Positions 9,536-19,541 of a stretch of 32,000 nucleotides of DNA are shown here, one piece after another. A model generated the notes under the pieces. The model was not told where the DNA came from and searched no databases. It saw only the letters and a program-made list of their open reading frames with translations. Source of the DNA: Raphidiopsis brookii D9 (GTDB taxonomy: Bacteria > Cyanobacteriota > Cyanobacteriia > Cyanobacteriales > Nostocaceae); NCBI GenBank assembly GCA_000175855.1, contig ACYB01000035.1:30001-62000 (forward strand), in the 5' to 3' direction. Each line of letters starts with the position of its first letter. Positions within the stretch are counted from its first letter, which is position 1. Position numbers and translations under genes: made by a program.

Positions 9536-10327
9536 ATGCTTGAAAATGCTTCCAAAAAATTATCACCCCTGCTCAAGCTGGAGCAAGTTAGTTTATGGGC
9601 AAAATTGAAAGCCCCATCGCCCAAAAACATGATGGGGTATCCAATCTTACAAAATATCTCCTGGGAAATCTTTCCAGGCGATCGCATAATAGTAGTAGGT
9701 AAATCGGGATCTGGAAAAACATCACTGCTGAGACTACTGAATCGACTAGAGGATCCTAGTAGTGGTAAAATTTACTTAAATAACCAAGAATACACCCAAA
9801 TTCCCATTGTAGAACTGCGTCAACAGGTAGTTCTTGTAGCACAAAAACCTAAACTGTTGGGGATGACAGTCAGGGAATCCCTAGCATATCCCTTGTTATT
9901 AAGAAATATATCTCGGGAAGAAATTGAAAAAAGAATTGCATATTGGAGAGAGCGACTAAAAATTCCCCAAAGTTGGATGGGAATGACAGAATTACAGCTT
10001 TCCCTGGGTCAGCAACAATTAGTAACCCTGGTGCGCGCTCTTGTCACCCAACCTAAAATCCTGTTGTTAGACCAACCCATTTCCGCTCTAGACCCAGTTG
10101 AGACCTCCTGGTTACTAGAAAAAATCACAGAAGGGATTTCTGACCTTTGCCCAGATGTAAAAACCACAGTTTTGATGGTCACTTATCAAATAGACACTTT
10201 CCAAGAGTTTGGTAATCATTTATTGCATCTTGAGCAAGGTCAAATTGTCACTAACCTAGTAAGCTCACAAGTAGACTGGAATGCTCTGAAAAGCACTCTT
10301 ATAACACCAGCAGAAGAGGAATGGTAA
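9536..10327 (+). CDS. ABC transporter ATP-binding protein
   Basis: Walker A GKSGSGKTSLL, signature-like LSLGQQQL, Walker B KILLLDQPISALD. Confidence 0.9.
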   Translation: MLENASKKLSPLLKLEQVSLWAKLKAPSPKNMMGYPILQNISWEIFPGDRIIVVGKSGSGKTSLLRLLNRLEDPSSGKIYLNNQEYTQIPIVELRQQVVLVAQKPKLLGMTVRESLAYPLLLRNISREEIEKRIAYWRERLKIPQSWMGMTELQLSLGQQQLVTLVRALVTQPKILLLDQPISALDPVETSWLLEKITEGISDLCPDVKTTVLMVTYQIDTFQEFGNHLLHLEQGQIVTNLVSSQVDWNALKSTLITPAEEEW

Positions 10328-10333
10328 AACCCA

Positions 10334-11113
10334 TTATCCCCTCTGAGTAGCCAAAGTAGCACGATTATCAGTAAATCTTTCCCTTGTTAACCTAGTTTGA
10401 GCTGGTAAAACAGATGAAACAGTTGCTTTCAAAATTTCCATGTTAAATCTATAACCCACATTACGAATGGTTTGGATCAAACTAGGTTGGCGCGGGTCCA
10501 GTTCTACCTTTTTCCGCAATGATAAAACATGAGTATCAATAGTTCGGGGATTATCAATAGCATCTGGCCAAGCACGACGTAGTAACTCAGATCTACTCAA
10601 AGGTGAACCACCAGCTTGCGCTAAGACATAAAGCAGACTAAACTCCTGAGGTGTTAAATCTACAAATTCCCCTTGCAGACGTACCCGGCGTTGAATTAAG
10701 TCAATTTGTAAACTACCATAATCTAAATGAGCTGGTGCATTAGGCGTACGTTTGCGGCGAATCAAAGATTCCACTCGTGCAAGAAATTCTTGCATACCAA
10801 AGGGTTTACTTAAATAGTCATCCGCCCCCGCTTTTAACCCTGATACAATATCCGCTTCATTATTACGAGCAGATAACATCAGGATTAAAGGTTGATCCTG
10901 ACTATGTAACCAGCGGCAAAATTCCACACCTTCACTGTCAGACAAATCAGCATCCAGAATAACCAAGGTTGGCTGATGGGTTAAAAAAACTTCCCTTGCT
11001 TGATAGATACTAGCGGCTTGATATACTCTGTATTCTAGCTGTTGCAAGTGCCAACCCAACAACGATCTCAGATGAGGATTCCCCTCAATAATTTCAATAC
11101 AAACCGATCCCAC
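10334..11113 (-). CDS. OmpR/PhoB-family winged-helix response regulator
   Basis: N-terminal receiver domain (VILDADLSDSEG, LSAR, KPF) and C-terminal DNA-binding domain (LTPQEFSLLYVLAQ...IDTHVLSLRKKVE...IRNVGYRF). Confidence 0.93.
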   Translation of the reverse strand: MGSVCIEIIEGNPHLRSLLGWHLQQLEYRVYQAASIYQAREVFLTHQPTLVILDADLSDSEGVEFCRWLHSQDQPLILMLSARNNEADIVSGLKAGADDYLSKPFGMQEFLARVESLIRRKRTPNAPAHLDYGSLQIDLIQRRVRLQGEFVDLTPQEFSLLYVLAQAGGSPLSRSELLRRAWPDAIDNPRTIDTHVLSLRKKVELDPRQPSLIQTIRNVGYRFNMEILKATVSSVLPAQTRLTRERFTDNRATLATQRG

Positions 11114-11595
11114 AGTTGTAAGACCCCCTAGCGTTGATGATCTTCAAATTAACAATCTCAGGCGGAATGTTTTGTAGTTTTTGTTACTTGAGTTGACCTA
11201 ATGTTAATATTTACAAGAAAATAACCGAAGGGCACGAAAGCCACTTGGCTTTGGACAGTGGATGAAGTGCCAACGGCGAATAAATTTGCCGTGATACTTA
11301 ATTTTATCTTATTTTAACTTTTGCAACCAAGCTCTACCCTGATATTTGTCAAGTGCAATGTGGGAAATTTTAATCTTAGTTTTGCTTTTGGGAACTGGGA
11401 AAAAATGTTTAATCTTGACTATAATTTGGGATATGATTAAGTTGTTAACTGGTGGAGGGTTTAACACTGGGGGGGATCCTTGAATATCCCTTTCAAGCAA
11501 GTCTTAAAGAATCCGCCTCTCTTTAGATGGTGGAGTGTCAATTTTGATTGTAAATCATATACAATTCCCATTCTCACTAGATTAAATCAGCGGTT

Positions 11596-11850
11596 ATGCT
11601 TCAAGACACACAAACCATCCGCTACTACCAAAAACTTACGGACTCCTTCGTCGAACTATGGAATCGCGGTTACCATCAAGATGATATGCGGATGTACTTG
11701 GATGGATATCTAGCAGCTCTGCGACAAAGTAATGCTATTGAACCATATTTAATTCATCGCTTAGAGGAGGAGGCCATTCGCTACTTACATGATGGGTCTA
11801 ACTTTGCGGTGGTACAACCAGAACCTGAGCGTTATCATGGTTATTACTAG
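11596..11850 (+). CDS. Small conserved cyanobacterial protein (DUF6761-like)
   Basis: MLQDTQTIRYYQKLTDSFVELWNRGYHQDDMRMYLDGYLAALRQSNAIEPYLIHRLEEEAIRYL; compact helical protein, family name from memory. Confidence 0.75.
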   Translation: MLQDTQTIRYYQKLTDSFVELWNRGYHQDDMRMYLDGYLAALRQSNAIEPYLIHRLEEEAIRYLHDGSNFAVVQPEPERYHGYY

Positions 11851-11958
11851 CTGTTTTTATTCCTACCTGGTAAGTCAACTGCTGGTCTCTTATTTATATC
11901 TACAACGTCGGCAATTTGTTTTTGGTGGCTCACCAAAAACTATGCCAACAGCTTCCAT

Positions 11959-13608
11959 TTAACCGTAGGGTCTGGGATAGGGTTTGAGCATGGGGGAAGC
12001 ACGATAAACTGGGAAAATTTGAACAGCTTCCCCACCTCGCTTAATGGCGATATCAGCAATCTTTTCTAAGGATTGGAAGTAGTCTTTATATTTATCTAGC
12101 GGTTGGGGAAATCGCTCATCTTCCATAAACTGCTTAGAAGTGACATAAAGGGAAGTTTTGCCAACAAAATCTGTCCCCTGACTCCAATAGGCAAAGCCTC
12201 GCAAATCTTCGTCGAAACAGGTCACTTTTTTGCCGAGAGGTTCGATCGCCATACCCACTTGTCCCGCTACAAAGAAATTATTGCTAAAGACAAAATCTGC
12301 TTTTTCTAATTCCGTTTTTAAGACAGGTGAATCCACAAATGCTTGTCGTAACTGTTCAATATCAATCATTTGGGTGGAAGGATCATCCTTTGCTTCCCAG
12401 AATCCACCAGCGATCGCCACATTGCCTCCCTTTTGAGCGATACCCCAATGGATATGGAGCAAGCTAATTAGCAACAGTGGCAAAATTACCATTCCCGAAC
12501 CCCAAAGCCAATTGCGGATAAATTTGGGATGCTTGACCTGCACTAATGCTGCACGTTCACCTAACAAAAGTGTGGCCCCAAAAAATCCGGGCATATGCCA
12601 TGAGGGAAGGATTTGGATAAAGCCACCCATAAAGGTAAAACCAAAGAAGATTGGCATTGACACACATAAAATCAGCAAGCGCTTTTGATCAACTAGGTCA
12701 TGAGCAAGCTGATTTGGCATAATCGCTTTTTGTTCTATCTTGTTAGTATGAGATTTATTGAAGGGTAACCATTCCCAAAGGGTACGAAAACTTGTCCACC
12801 AGATTGGAAAGCCAAAAGTAGGAAATAGATAGCCAATCCCCACTAAAATTGTGACTAAAAGACGTTCTAGATCATAGCCAACAGAAGGAACTGCACGACC
12901 ACTTTGGAATCGAAAGGAAGCCCATTCATGCTGGGAGTTCCAATACAGCACGGGGGAAATGGCAATGAGAAATAGGACGACCGCTGCCAATGTCCAGATG
13001 GAGAATAGGGCGCAACGGTGTCGATTACTAATCAGGCAAAACAAAACTAAGCCGCTGCCTAGCAATGCTCCATGATACTTCCCTAAAAATGATAATCCCA
13101 CTACCAAGCCAACAAAGGCAAGTTTAGAAGTGGGTCGATAAGGCCTTGTGTCGTAAATAGGGTCACAGGACTCACCAGAGGGAAAAAATTCCGTAGCACA
13201 GAGCCACAAACAGATACTCCAGAAAAACATTAAGGCGTTGTCTGGTAGGGTGAGAATCCCAAAGGCAATTTGGAAAATTGGAATAGTGGTCAAAATCCCT
13301 AGGGTTAATGTGGCGACCCGATCACCAAATAATTTGCGACTAGCTAAATAGGAAAAAAACAGGGTTCCTGTATACAGGACAACTCCGCCAATTCTGATCG
13401 TAAATGGTGTCACTTTACCTGTAAGCCATACGCCTATTCCTGTAGTAAAAGCAACAAGGGGCGGATGATCGAAATAGCTCCAGTCGAGATTTTGGGTATA
13501 CAGGTAATAGTAAGCTTCGTCAAAGCCTACATTGAGATATGTCGCACAAGTCGTTCTAAAGACGAAACCCCACAATAGTATGGCGATCGCCCACTTATCA
13601 ATTTTCAC
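11959..13608 (-). CDS. GT39/ArnT-like membrane glycosyltransferase
   Basis: GFDEAYYYLYTQNLDWSYFDHPPLVAF is the typical DE...Y...HPPL motif; multiple transmembrane helices. Confidence 0.88.
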   Translation of the reverse strand: MKIDKWAIAILLWGFVFRTTCATYLNVGFDEAYYYLYTQNLDWSYFDHPPLVAFTTGIGVWLTGKVTPFTIRIGGVVLYTGTLFFSYLASRKLFGDRVATLTLGILTTIPIFQIAFGILTLPDNALMFFWSICLWLCATEFFPSGESCDPIYDTRPYRPTSKLAFVGLVVGLSFLGKYHGALLGSGLVLFCLISNRHRCALFSIWTLAAVVLFLIAISPVLYWNSQHEWASFRFQSGRAVPSVGYDLERLLVTILVGIGYLFPTFGFPIWWTSFRTLWEWLPFNKSHTNKIEQKAIMPNQLAHDLVDQKRLLILCVSMPIFFGFTFMGGFIQILPSWHMPGFFGATLLLGERAALVQVKHPKFIRNWLWGSGMVILPLLLISLLHIHWGIAQKGGNVAIAGGFWEAKDDPSTQMIDIEQLRQAFVDSPVLKTELEKADFVFSNNFFVAGQVGMAIEPLGKKVTCFDEDLRGFAYWSQGTDFVGKTSLYVTSKQFMEDERFPQPLDKYKDYFQSLEKIADIAIKRGGEAVQIFPVYRASPMLKPYPRPYG

Positions 13609-13626
13609 TCTAATTCCTTTCCCGGT

Positions 13627-15210
13627 TCAGTCAGCACTATGTAGTTGTATCCTATAGTAGCAATCCACAATTTTCTCAGTTACTTCCTCCGCAGTAAACC
13701 CATCACTTATTATTTCCAACGCGTCTGACGCTTTTCTCAAAGGAGAAATCTCTCTGGTGCTGTCCTTTTCATCCCTTTCCTGAATCTCTCGCTGTAACTG
13801 CTCTAAACTTATTTCGCCTCGCCCCTGTTTAATAAAGTCTTGCTGGCGACGACGGGCCCGCTCCTCTACTGAAGCTGTAAGAAATATTTTTACTTCCGCA
13901 TTAGGAAAAACATCAGTACCAATGTCTCTCCCCTCGGCGACCAAACCCCCTTTCTCACCCCATTTTTGCTGTTCTCTCACGAGGAATTGACGAACCGCAC
14001 TTTGACCAGATACAACTGATACTTTTGCTGTTACTTCCCCACTGCGTATCTCACCAGTAACATTATGATTGTTTATCCATACCTCTAGCGGATTTTCTGG
14101 ATTTTCCGTGGCTATTAGCTCTATTTTACACTCTCTCACTAAATGGGCGATCGCCTGTTCATCTTCAGGATCAGTGCTGGTTTGTAACACTAACCAGGTT
14201 ATAGCCCTATACATAGCTCCTGTGTCTAAATGCACCAGCCCTAACCGTGTTGCCACTTGTTTAGCTACAGTAGATTTACCAGCACCAGCGGGACCGTCAA
14301 TGGCAATAATCGGTTGTCGTGGGGTAGTCTTCACATCAGATAAAATTGTGTTATCAATTAGTCTTGTATTCCCAATGTGGGCTGCGATCGCCAACATTCC
14401 TTCTTTCTCAATTTCATTTAAGGGCATTAATGTACTCGGTTCAACTAATTCAATATATTCCACCTGAATATTCCTAGATTTTGCTATTTCAGCTTGGACT
14501 ATTCTTAGAAGTTGATCACTATAGCGAACACCGGATCTGAAAGCTATCTCAGCTTTAACTAAGCCCTGATACAATAGAGCAGCCTGCTCCTTTTCTGTGT
14601 CTGTCAAATACTGATTACGAGAACTTAAAGCCAAACCTGAAGCTTCTCGTACCGTGGGACAGGCAATAATTTCTATGGGAAAATTCAAGTCAGCTACTAA
14701 ACGTTTAATAATAGCCAGTTGCTGACCATCTTTTTTGCCAAAGTAGGCTCGATCTGGCTGTACCACATTAAAGAGTTTAGTGACAATAGTCGTTACACCT
14801 TGAAAATGTCCTGGTCGATAACTAGCACACAAACCATTAATCATACCAGATGCAGGCAACACTTGTGTAACCTGATTTTCTTGTATATTTTTCCTAGAAA
14901 TACCCATTTCTTCCGGACTAGGTGCAAAAATAGCATCTACTCCTGCTTGCTCACAAAATAGTTTATCCCCCTCCCAAGTGCGGGGGTAGCGTTGATAATC
15001 CTCCAGTGGTCCAAATTGAAGCGGATTAATAAAAATACTGACCACTACCGTGTAGTTTTCTTCTCTAGCTTTTTGAATTAGGCTTAAATGACCTAGATGA
15101 AGTGCACCCATGGTGGGTACCAAACCAATAGAGTTAGGACACTGCTGGGTATCTCGACGACGTTGATGTAAGTAACAGCGCAAAGCCGCTATGGTTGTTA
15201 GTAGATGCAC
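13627..15210 (-). CDS. panC/cmk: Bifunctional pantoate--beta-alanine ligase / (d)CMP kinase
   Basis: PanC half: GLVPTMGALHLGHLSLI, GKKDGQQLAIIK, SSRNQYL; Cmk half: IAIDGPAGAGKSTVAKQVATRLGLVHLDTGAMYRA. Preferred GTG start at 15210 preceded by AAGGAG; ORF is open to 15273. Confidence 0.95.
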   Translation of the reverse strand: MHLLTTIAALRCYLHQRRRDTQQCPNSIGLVPTMGALHLGHLSLIQKAREENYTVVVSIFINPLQFGPLEDYQRYPRTWEGDKLFCEQAGVDAIFAPSPEEMGISRKNIQENQVTQVLPASGMINGLCASYRPGHFQGVTTIVTKLFNVVQPDRAYFGKKDGQQLAIIKRLVADLNFPIEIIACPTVREASGLALSSRNQYLTDTEKEQAALLYQGLVKAEIAFRSGVRYSDQLLRIVQAEIAKSRNIQVEYIELVEPSTLMPLNEIEKEGMLAIAAHIGNTRLIDNTILSDVKTTPRQPIIAIDGPAGAGKSTVAKQVATRLGLVHLDTGAMYRAITWLVLQTSTDPEDEQAIAHLVRECKIELIATENPENPLEVWINNHNVTGEIRSGEVTAKVSVVSGQSAVRQFLVREQQKWGEKGGLVAEGRDIGTDVFPNAEVKIFLTASVEERARRRQQDFIKQGRGEISLEQLQREIQERDEKDSTREISPLRKASDALEIISDGFTAEEVTEKIVDCYYRIQLHSAD

Positions 15211-15301
15211 AAAACTCCTTTTTTCTCTCAGTCTTCTGCAGGTGAGCCAGAACGCCCAGCACTCATCAAACACCTACTCAGCGTTCTGGCCAAAGCTACA
15301 A

Positions 15302-16348
15302 TTATCTCCCCAGCACTTCAATGCGTACTGCAGCAACACCCCTACTGACCATTCCTAGAATGCGAGCTGCACCCACGGAAAGATCAATAACTCGACCACC
15401 AATATACGGACCACGGTCATTAATTCGCACTATCACGGAACGACCATTGTGAGTGTTAGTAACACGAACTCTTGTCCCCATAGGCAAACTGCGATGGGCC
15501 GCAGTCATGGCTTCTGGATTAAATCTTTCCCCGTTGGCCGTTTTTCTCCCGGCCCAATCATAACCATACCAGGAAGCCATACCTCTTAAATTGATTCTGA
15601 TCCCACGAATGGCAACTTTTTCAGGGAGTTTAGGGAAGTTGGCAATTTCCCTGACTTCAGCTGTTTCTCCCAGAATTTTTCTTAAACGATTGGTTGCTTG
15701 TAAGGCATCTTTGGCTAGGTCATTTGTACCAGCTGCTAAGCGAGTGGATTCATTGATTTCCACCAATTCCTTGCCGTCAAATCTAATAGTGTAGTTACCT
15801 GGATTTGTTGAAGTAGGTTGATTCCTACTGGGATTACTGTCAGAGTTATTGCCTTTAGGAATCCAACTAACAGTGACTTGTCCACCGTCCGCATTGTCCA
15901 GCACTAGCTGGTTAATTTTCGCCGCTACTAAGCTGGCTCTATGTACTGGGTCATTGACCAAAATGGATCTGGGAGACTCCTTCACACCCCTAACGCCGCC
16001 CCCACTGGTAATTTGGGGTGATTTACTGGTGTTTACGCTACCGTATTTTACAACTTTATCACTACTTAGATCCCCCACCTTTGTTTCCCCGCGAGAACCC
16101 AAAAAGGTAAGAACTGGAGTATTTCGGATGTAAAGAGTTGCTGCTTGACGACCCTGTAGACTGTGTGGCTGAATTCTGGTCACACCATTTAGCTCAGGTT
16201 CCCGTGTTGGGGACTGGTATTCTCCCACTTTTACCGCATCACTTTTGGTAGATGCTTGTTTAGATGGGGTAATCCCCTTAGCTGTTTGGGTAAAACCCAT
16301 TGCAGGTAGGCTCGCAACAGATAGAAACACGGCAGCAGTAGTCCACAA
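15302..16348 (-). CDS. rlpA: RlpA-like double-psi beta-barrel septal ring/peptidoglycan protein
   Basis: C-terminal [78 protein letters not shown]; in-frame start would be TTG at 16348. Confidence 0.9.
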   Translation of the reverse strand: MWTTAAVFLSVASLPAMGFTQTAKGITPSKQASTKSDAVKVGEYQSPTREPELNGVTRIQPHSLQGRQAATLYIRNTPVLTFLGSRGETKVGDLSSDKVVKYGSVNTSKSPQITSGGGVRGVKESPRSILVNDPVHRASLVAAKINQLVLDNADGGQVTVSWIPKGNNSDSNPSRNQPTSTNPGNYTIRFDGKELVEINESTRLAAGTNDLAKDALQATNRLRKILGETAEVREIANFPKLPEKVAIRGIRINLRGMASWYGYDWAGRKTANGERFNPEAMTAAHRSLPMGTRVRVTNTHNGRSVIVRINDRGPYIGGRVIDLSVGAARILGMVSRGVAAVRIEVLGR

Positions 16349-17403
16349 ATTTTTTTTGATTCATGAGTTTGTTTTTAAAGCGACTCTAGAACTTTTTGTT
16401 TTTTTTACTTCTTGTGTCCTTGTGTCTCTTACCAGGTTTTGGTAACTGATAGGACAACGCGAAATCGTTCCGTTTTCACTTTTGATTTGTAACCCGATTA
16501 CACTAACATGAATTTTTGGGATTGGGGATCAGGGATTTACCTTAGTTCTGGCTTTGTTGCTTACTGTCATCATTGTCTTTTTTCACTCCAAACCTTTTAT
16601 AAATCAGCTTTTTGGACGTGTAACATTTTTTTTCAAATGGTAAATAATTTTTTCTTAGGAGGCCATATTAACCTGCTCTTAGCTGACTGGGCTAATATCT
16701 TAATCATTAAATCCAAAAATAATTGCCAATATGGTAGTAGGAGTTATATATATAACTCAGTATTTTATGATTATTTGGTTACAAAAAGTACTATTTAAGG
16801 AGATTTTACGTACTATTTTGGTGGCTATATTCCTGGAGACTACTATTAAAAACCTATTTAAAAAACGGATTAATGGGTAACTGAGAAAAATCCAATTTAA
16901 TGATATAAAAAGTACCTTTAATTAATAATTTTAAAAGTATAAAATTATTTCATTTTATTCAATAGATATACTATTGCTAAATTGATAGCAGTATACATAA
17001 GCCGTTTTAACAGATTAAATAATACCAGTGGTAAAATAGCCAAAAAGTCGGCTCCACCCAAATCCATTGTTTTTTAGGTAGCAAAAATTACTTCGTTTTT
17101 ATGAAAATAGCTTTATCTATCAAATACATTGATCGAAAACAGTGATTAGCTTGATAATAACTTTCTAGGTGGAAGAAATTTGTGTGTTTTCTTAAAATAT
17201 ATGTTATCTAATTAGTGCAAGACTTGTCAATACTAAAATTAGTCATATTATTTTTAGACTAAGTTAGTCACATCATATCAATTATAATATCTTAGTGTAT
17301 TTTGATCAGCAACAGGTAAGGAAGTCATGTACTTGGCATATAAATAGCTGAGATTAAAATATAGTGTAGGATAAATATATACTGGTGGGGATGATCTAAA
17401 AAA

Positions 17404-19407
17404 ATGGTATTTAATACTACATCATTCAGAGATCTTGAAAATCACTGGGCAAGTTTATTCATTAATGCATTAGCCCAAAGACGAATTCTCAATGGGTACC
17501 TTGATGGTACATTTCGCCCCGACAACCCTGTGAGTCGTGGGGAGTTTGCAGCCATGATCGGGGCGATTATAAACTTGCCAGTGAAACGGGAATATATAGC
17601 GTTTAAAGACATTCCGGATAACTACTGGGCGAGAAATGCCATCAGGAGAATATATGAGACAGGAGTGATGGCAGGTTATCCCGATCAAACCTTCCGTCCC
17701 AATGATAGAGTGTCCAGAGCTGATGTATTAGTTGTAATGATTAATGCCTTGGGAATTGCCAGTCAGTTTTCTCCCGAACTAGTGGGTAAACTGGCACAGA
17801 TCTATGAAGATGCGGCAAATATTCCTAGTTATGCCATTAATTCTATTGCGATCGCATCTGGGAATGGTTTAGTAGTGAACTATCCGAATATCAAACTACT
17901 GAACCCCCAAAGTGGCGCGACCCGTGGGGATGTGGCGGTGATGATGTATCAAGCACTTGTGCACTTAGGTAGAGTGAAAAAGATTAATTCACCATATATT
18001 GTGACATTACCCTTGGAAGGGAAGACTGTAAAGGTGAGTCACCAGAGGGAATTTCGGGGCGCCTGGATAACAGTAGTGTGGAACAGTGATTGGCCATCTA
18101 AACCGGGATTAAGTGTGGAGCAGCAGAAAACCGAATTACTGGAAATCATCAAACAACTGCAATTTTTAAACTTCAACGCTCTAATCTTGCAAGTACGTCC
18201 AGAGGGAGACGCGGTGTATGCTTCCCCCATAGAACCGTGGAGTGCTTGGATAACGGGAACTCAAGGGAAAGCTCCAGGGGTTTACGACCCCCTGGAATTT
18301 GCTATTGAGGAATGCCATAAGCGTAATATAGAAGTTCACGCCTGGTTTAATCCCTACCGAGCAAAAACCACCACCAAAAGTGGATCTAATGTTAGTCCCC
18401 ATATAGCCATAACTAATCCCGAAGTGGTTTATAGATGGGGTAATCAGTTATGGATGGATCCTGGTGCCAAAATTGTTCAAGACAGAGCTTATAATGTTAT
18501 TATTGATGTTTTAACTCGTTATGATGTAGATGGTATTCATCTAGATGATTACTTTTATCCCTATCCCATATCTGGTCAATCATTTCCTGACGAAAAGACA
18601 TACAGTGCTTATAGAAATAGCGGTGGTAAATTGAGTGTGGAAGATTGGCGAAGAGAGAACGTTAATCAAATGGTATGGAGGTTATCGGAAGGGATTAAAA
18701 AAATCAAACCCCATGTAAAATTTGGTATTAGTCCCTTTGGGATTTACCGTCCGGGACAACCGCCAGGAATTGTGGGTTTAGATCCCTATAGCGTTTTGTA
18801 TGCTGATTCAAAAAAATGGTTACAGGAAGGTTGGATTGACTATTTAGCACCTCAACTGTATTGGCGGACAGATCAAACACAACAAAGTTATGAGACCCTG
18901 CTAAAATGGTGGACAGAAGTCAACACTAAGCAGCGACATGTTTACGCTGGTAATAATATTGGACAACTAGATGGTAAAGTATGGAAAAATTCAGAAATTG
19001 AAAAACAAATTGTCATTTCTCGCAACTTAAGGAACAGTTTTTCCCTAGGGAATATCTTTTTCAGTATGAAATCCCTGGCGGAAAATCGTCAAGGGATTGG
19101 GGATCAATTTAAACAAGTGTATTACCCTCGGCCTTCCATAGTTCCTACTATGTCATGGAGAAATCAAACACCCCCACCGCCTCCTGAAAATATAACCTTT
19201 CAAGATGGAAAACTAAATTGGCAAAGGGGAGATAATAGGTCCGTACGCTCTTGGACTCTCTATCGTCAAACTGGGGATACCTGGACAATACAAAGAATTT
19301 TATCTGCTGGTACCACTTTTGCTACTGTACAACCAGGTACTTATGCAGTATGTGCGGTAGACAGACTGGGTAATGAGAGTTTAGGTGTGACAATTACAGT
19401 TTCATGA
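17404..19407 (+). CDS. Glycoside hydrolase GHL10-like (DUF187) protein with N-terminal SLH domains
   Basis: Three SLH-like repeats (FRDLENHWASLFINALAQRRILNGYLDGTFRPDNPVSRGEFAAMI...), then FRGAWITVVWNSDWPSKPG...DGIHLDDYFYP...FGISPFGIYRP. Confidence 0.9.
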   Translation: MVFNTTSFRDLENHWASLFINALAQRRILNGYLDGTFRPDNPVSRGEFAAMIGAIINLPVKREYIAFKDIPDNYWARNAIRRIYETGVMAGYPDQTFRPNDRVSRADVLVVMINALGIASQFSPELVGKLAQIYEDAANIPSYAINSIAIASGNGLVVNYPNIKLLNPQSGATRGDVAVMMYQALVHLGRVKKINSPYIVTLPLEGKTVKVSHQREFRGAWITVVWNSDWPSKPGLSVEQQKTELLEIIKQLQFLNFNALILQVRPEGDAVYASPIEPWSAWITGTQGKAPGVYDPLEFAIEECHKRNIEVHAWFNPYRAKTTTKSGSNVSPHIAITNPEVVYRWGNQLWMDPGAKIVQDRAYNVIIDVLTRYDVDGIHLDDYFYPYPISGQSFPDEKTYSAYRNSGGKLSVEDWRRENVNQMVWRLSEGIKKIKPHVKFGISPFGIYRPGQPPGIVGLDPYSVLYADSKKWLQEGWIDYLAPQLYWRTDQTQQSYETLLKWWTEVNTKQRHVYAGNNIGQLDGKVWKNSEIEKQIVISRNLRNSFSLGNIFFSMKSLAENRQGIGDQFKQVYYPRPSIVPTMSWRNQTPPPPPENITFQDGKLNWQRGDNRSVRSWTLYRQTGDTWTIQRILSAGTTFATVQPGTYAVCAVDRLGNESLGVTITVS

Positions 19408-19541
19408 ACTCAAAGGAAGATTTTTTTGGAAGACAAACCGCTAACTTCCCTCTACATAGATTTGAGCATTATTGCCTAGATATGCGTAGATTTTTACAAG
19501 CGGTAAAATATACACTTTACCCTTTGTGTTGGATTAAAAAA

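Noticed and set aside
11480-11713. 77-aa plus-strand ORF overlapping the DUF6761-like start
   Set aside because: Overlaps the better-supported gene at 11596..11850 in another frame and has no family resemblance.
14069-14467. 132-aa plus-strand ORF inside panC/cmk
   Set aside because: Antisense shadow of the Cmk domain.
16508-16798. 96-aa ORF in the AT-rich gap (MNFWDWGSGIYLSSGFVAYCHHCLF...)
   Set aside because: No recognisable motif, unusual composition, no convincing ribosome-binding site; more likely a chance ORF.
19404-19541. 46-residue N-terminal extension of TlyA with an ATGA overlap to the upstream stop
   Set aside because: The extension does not look like part of the S4 domain; MKERLDLLLLKLEL at 19542 is the typical N-terminus, so the apparent overlap is probably not real coupling.
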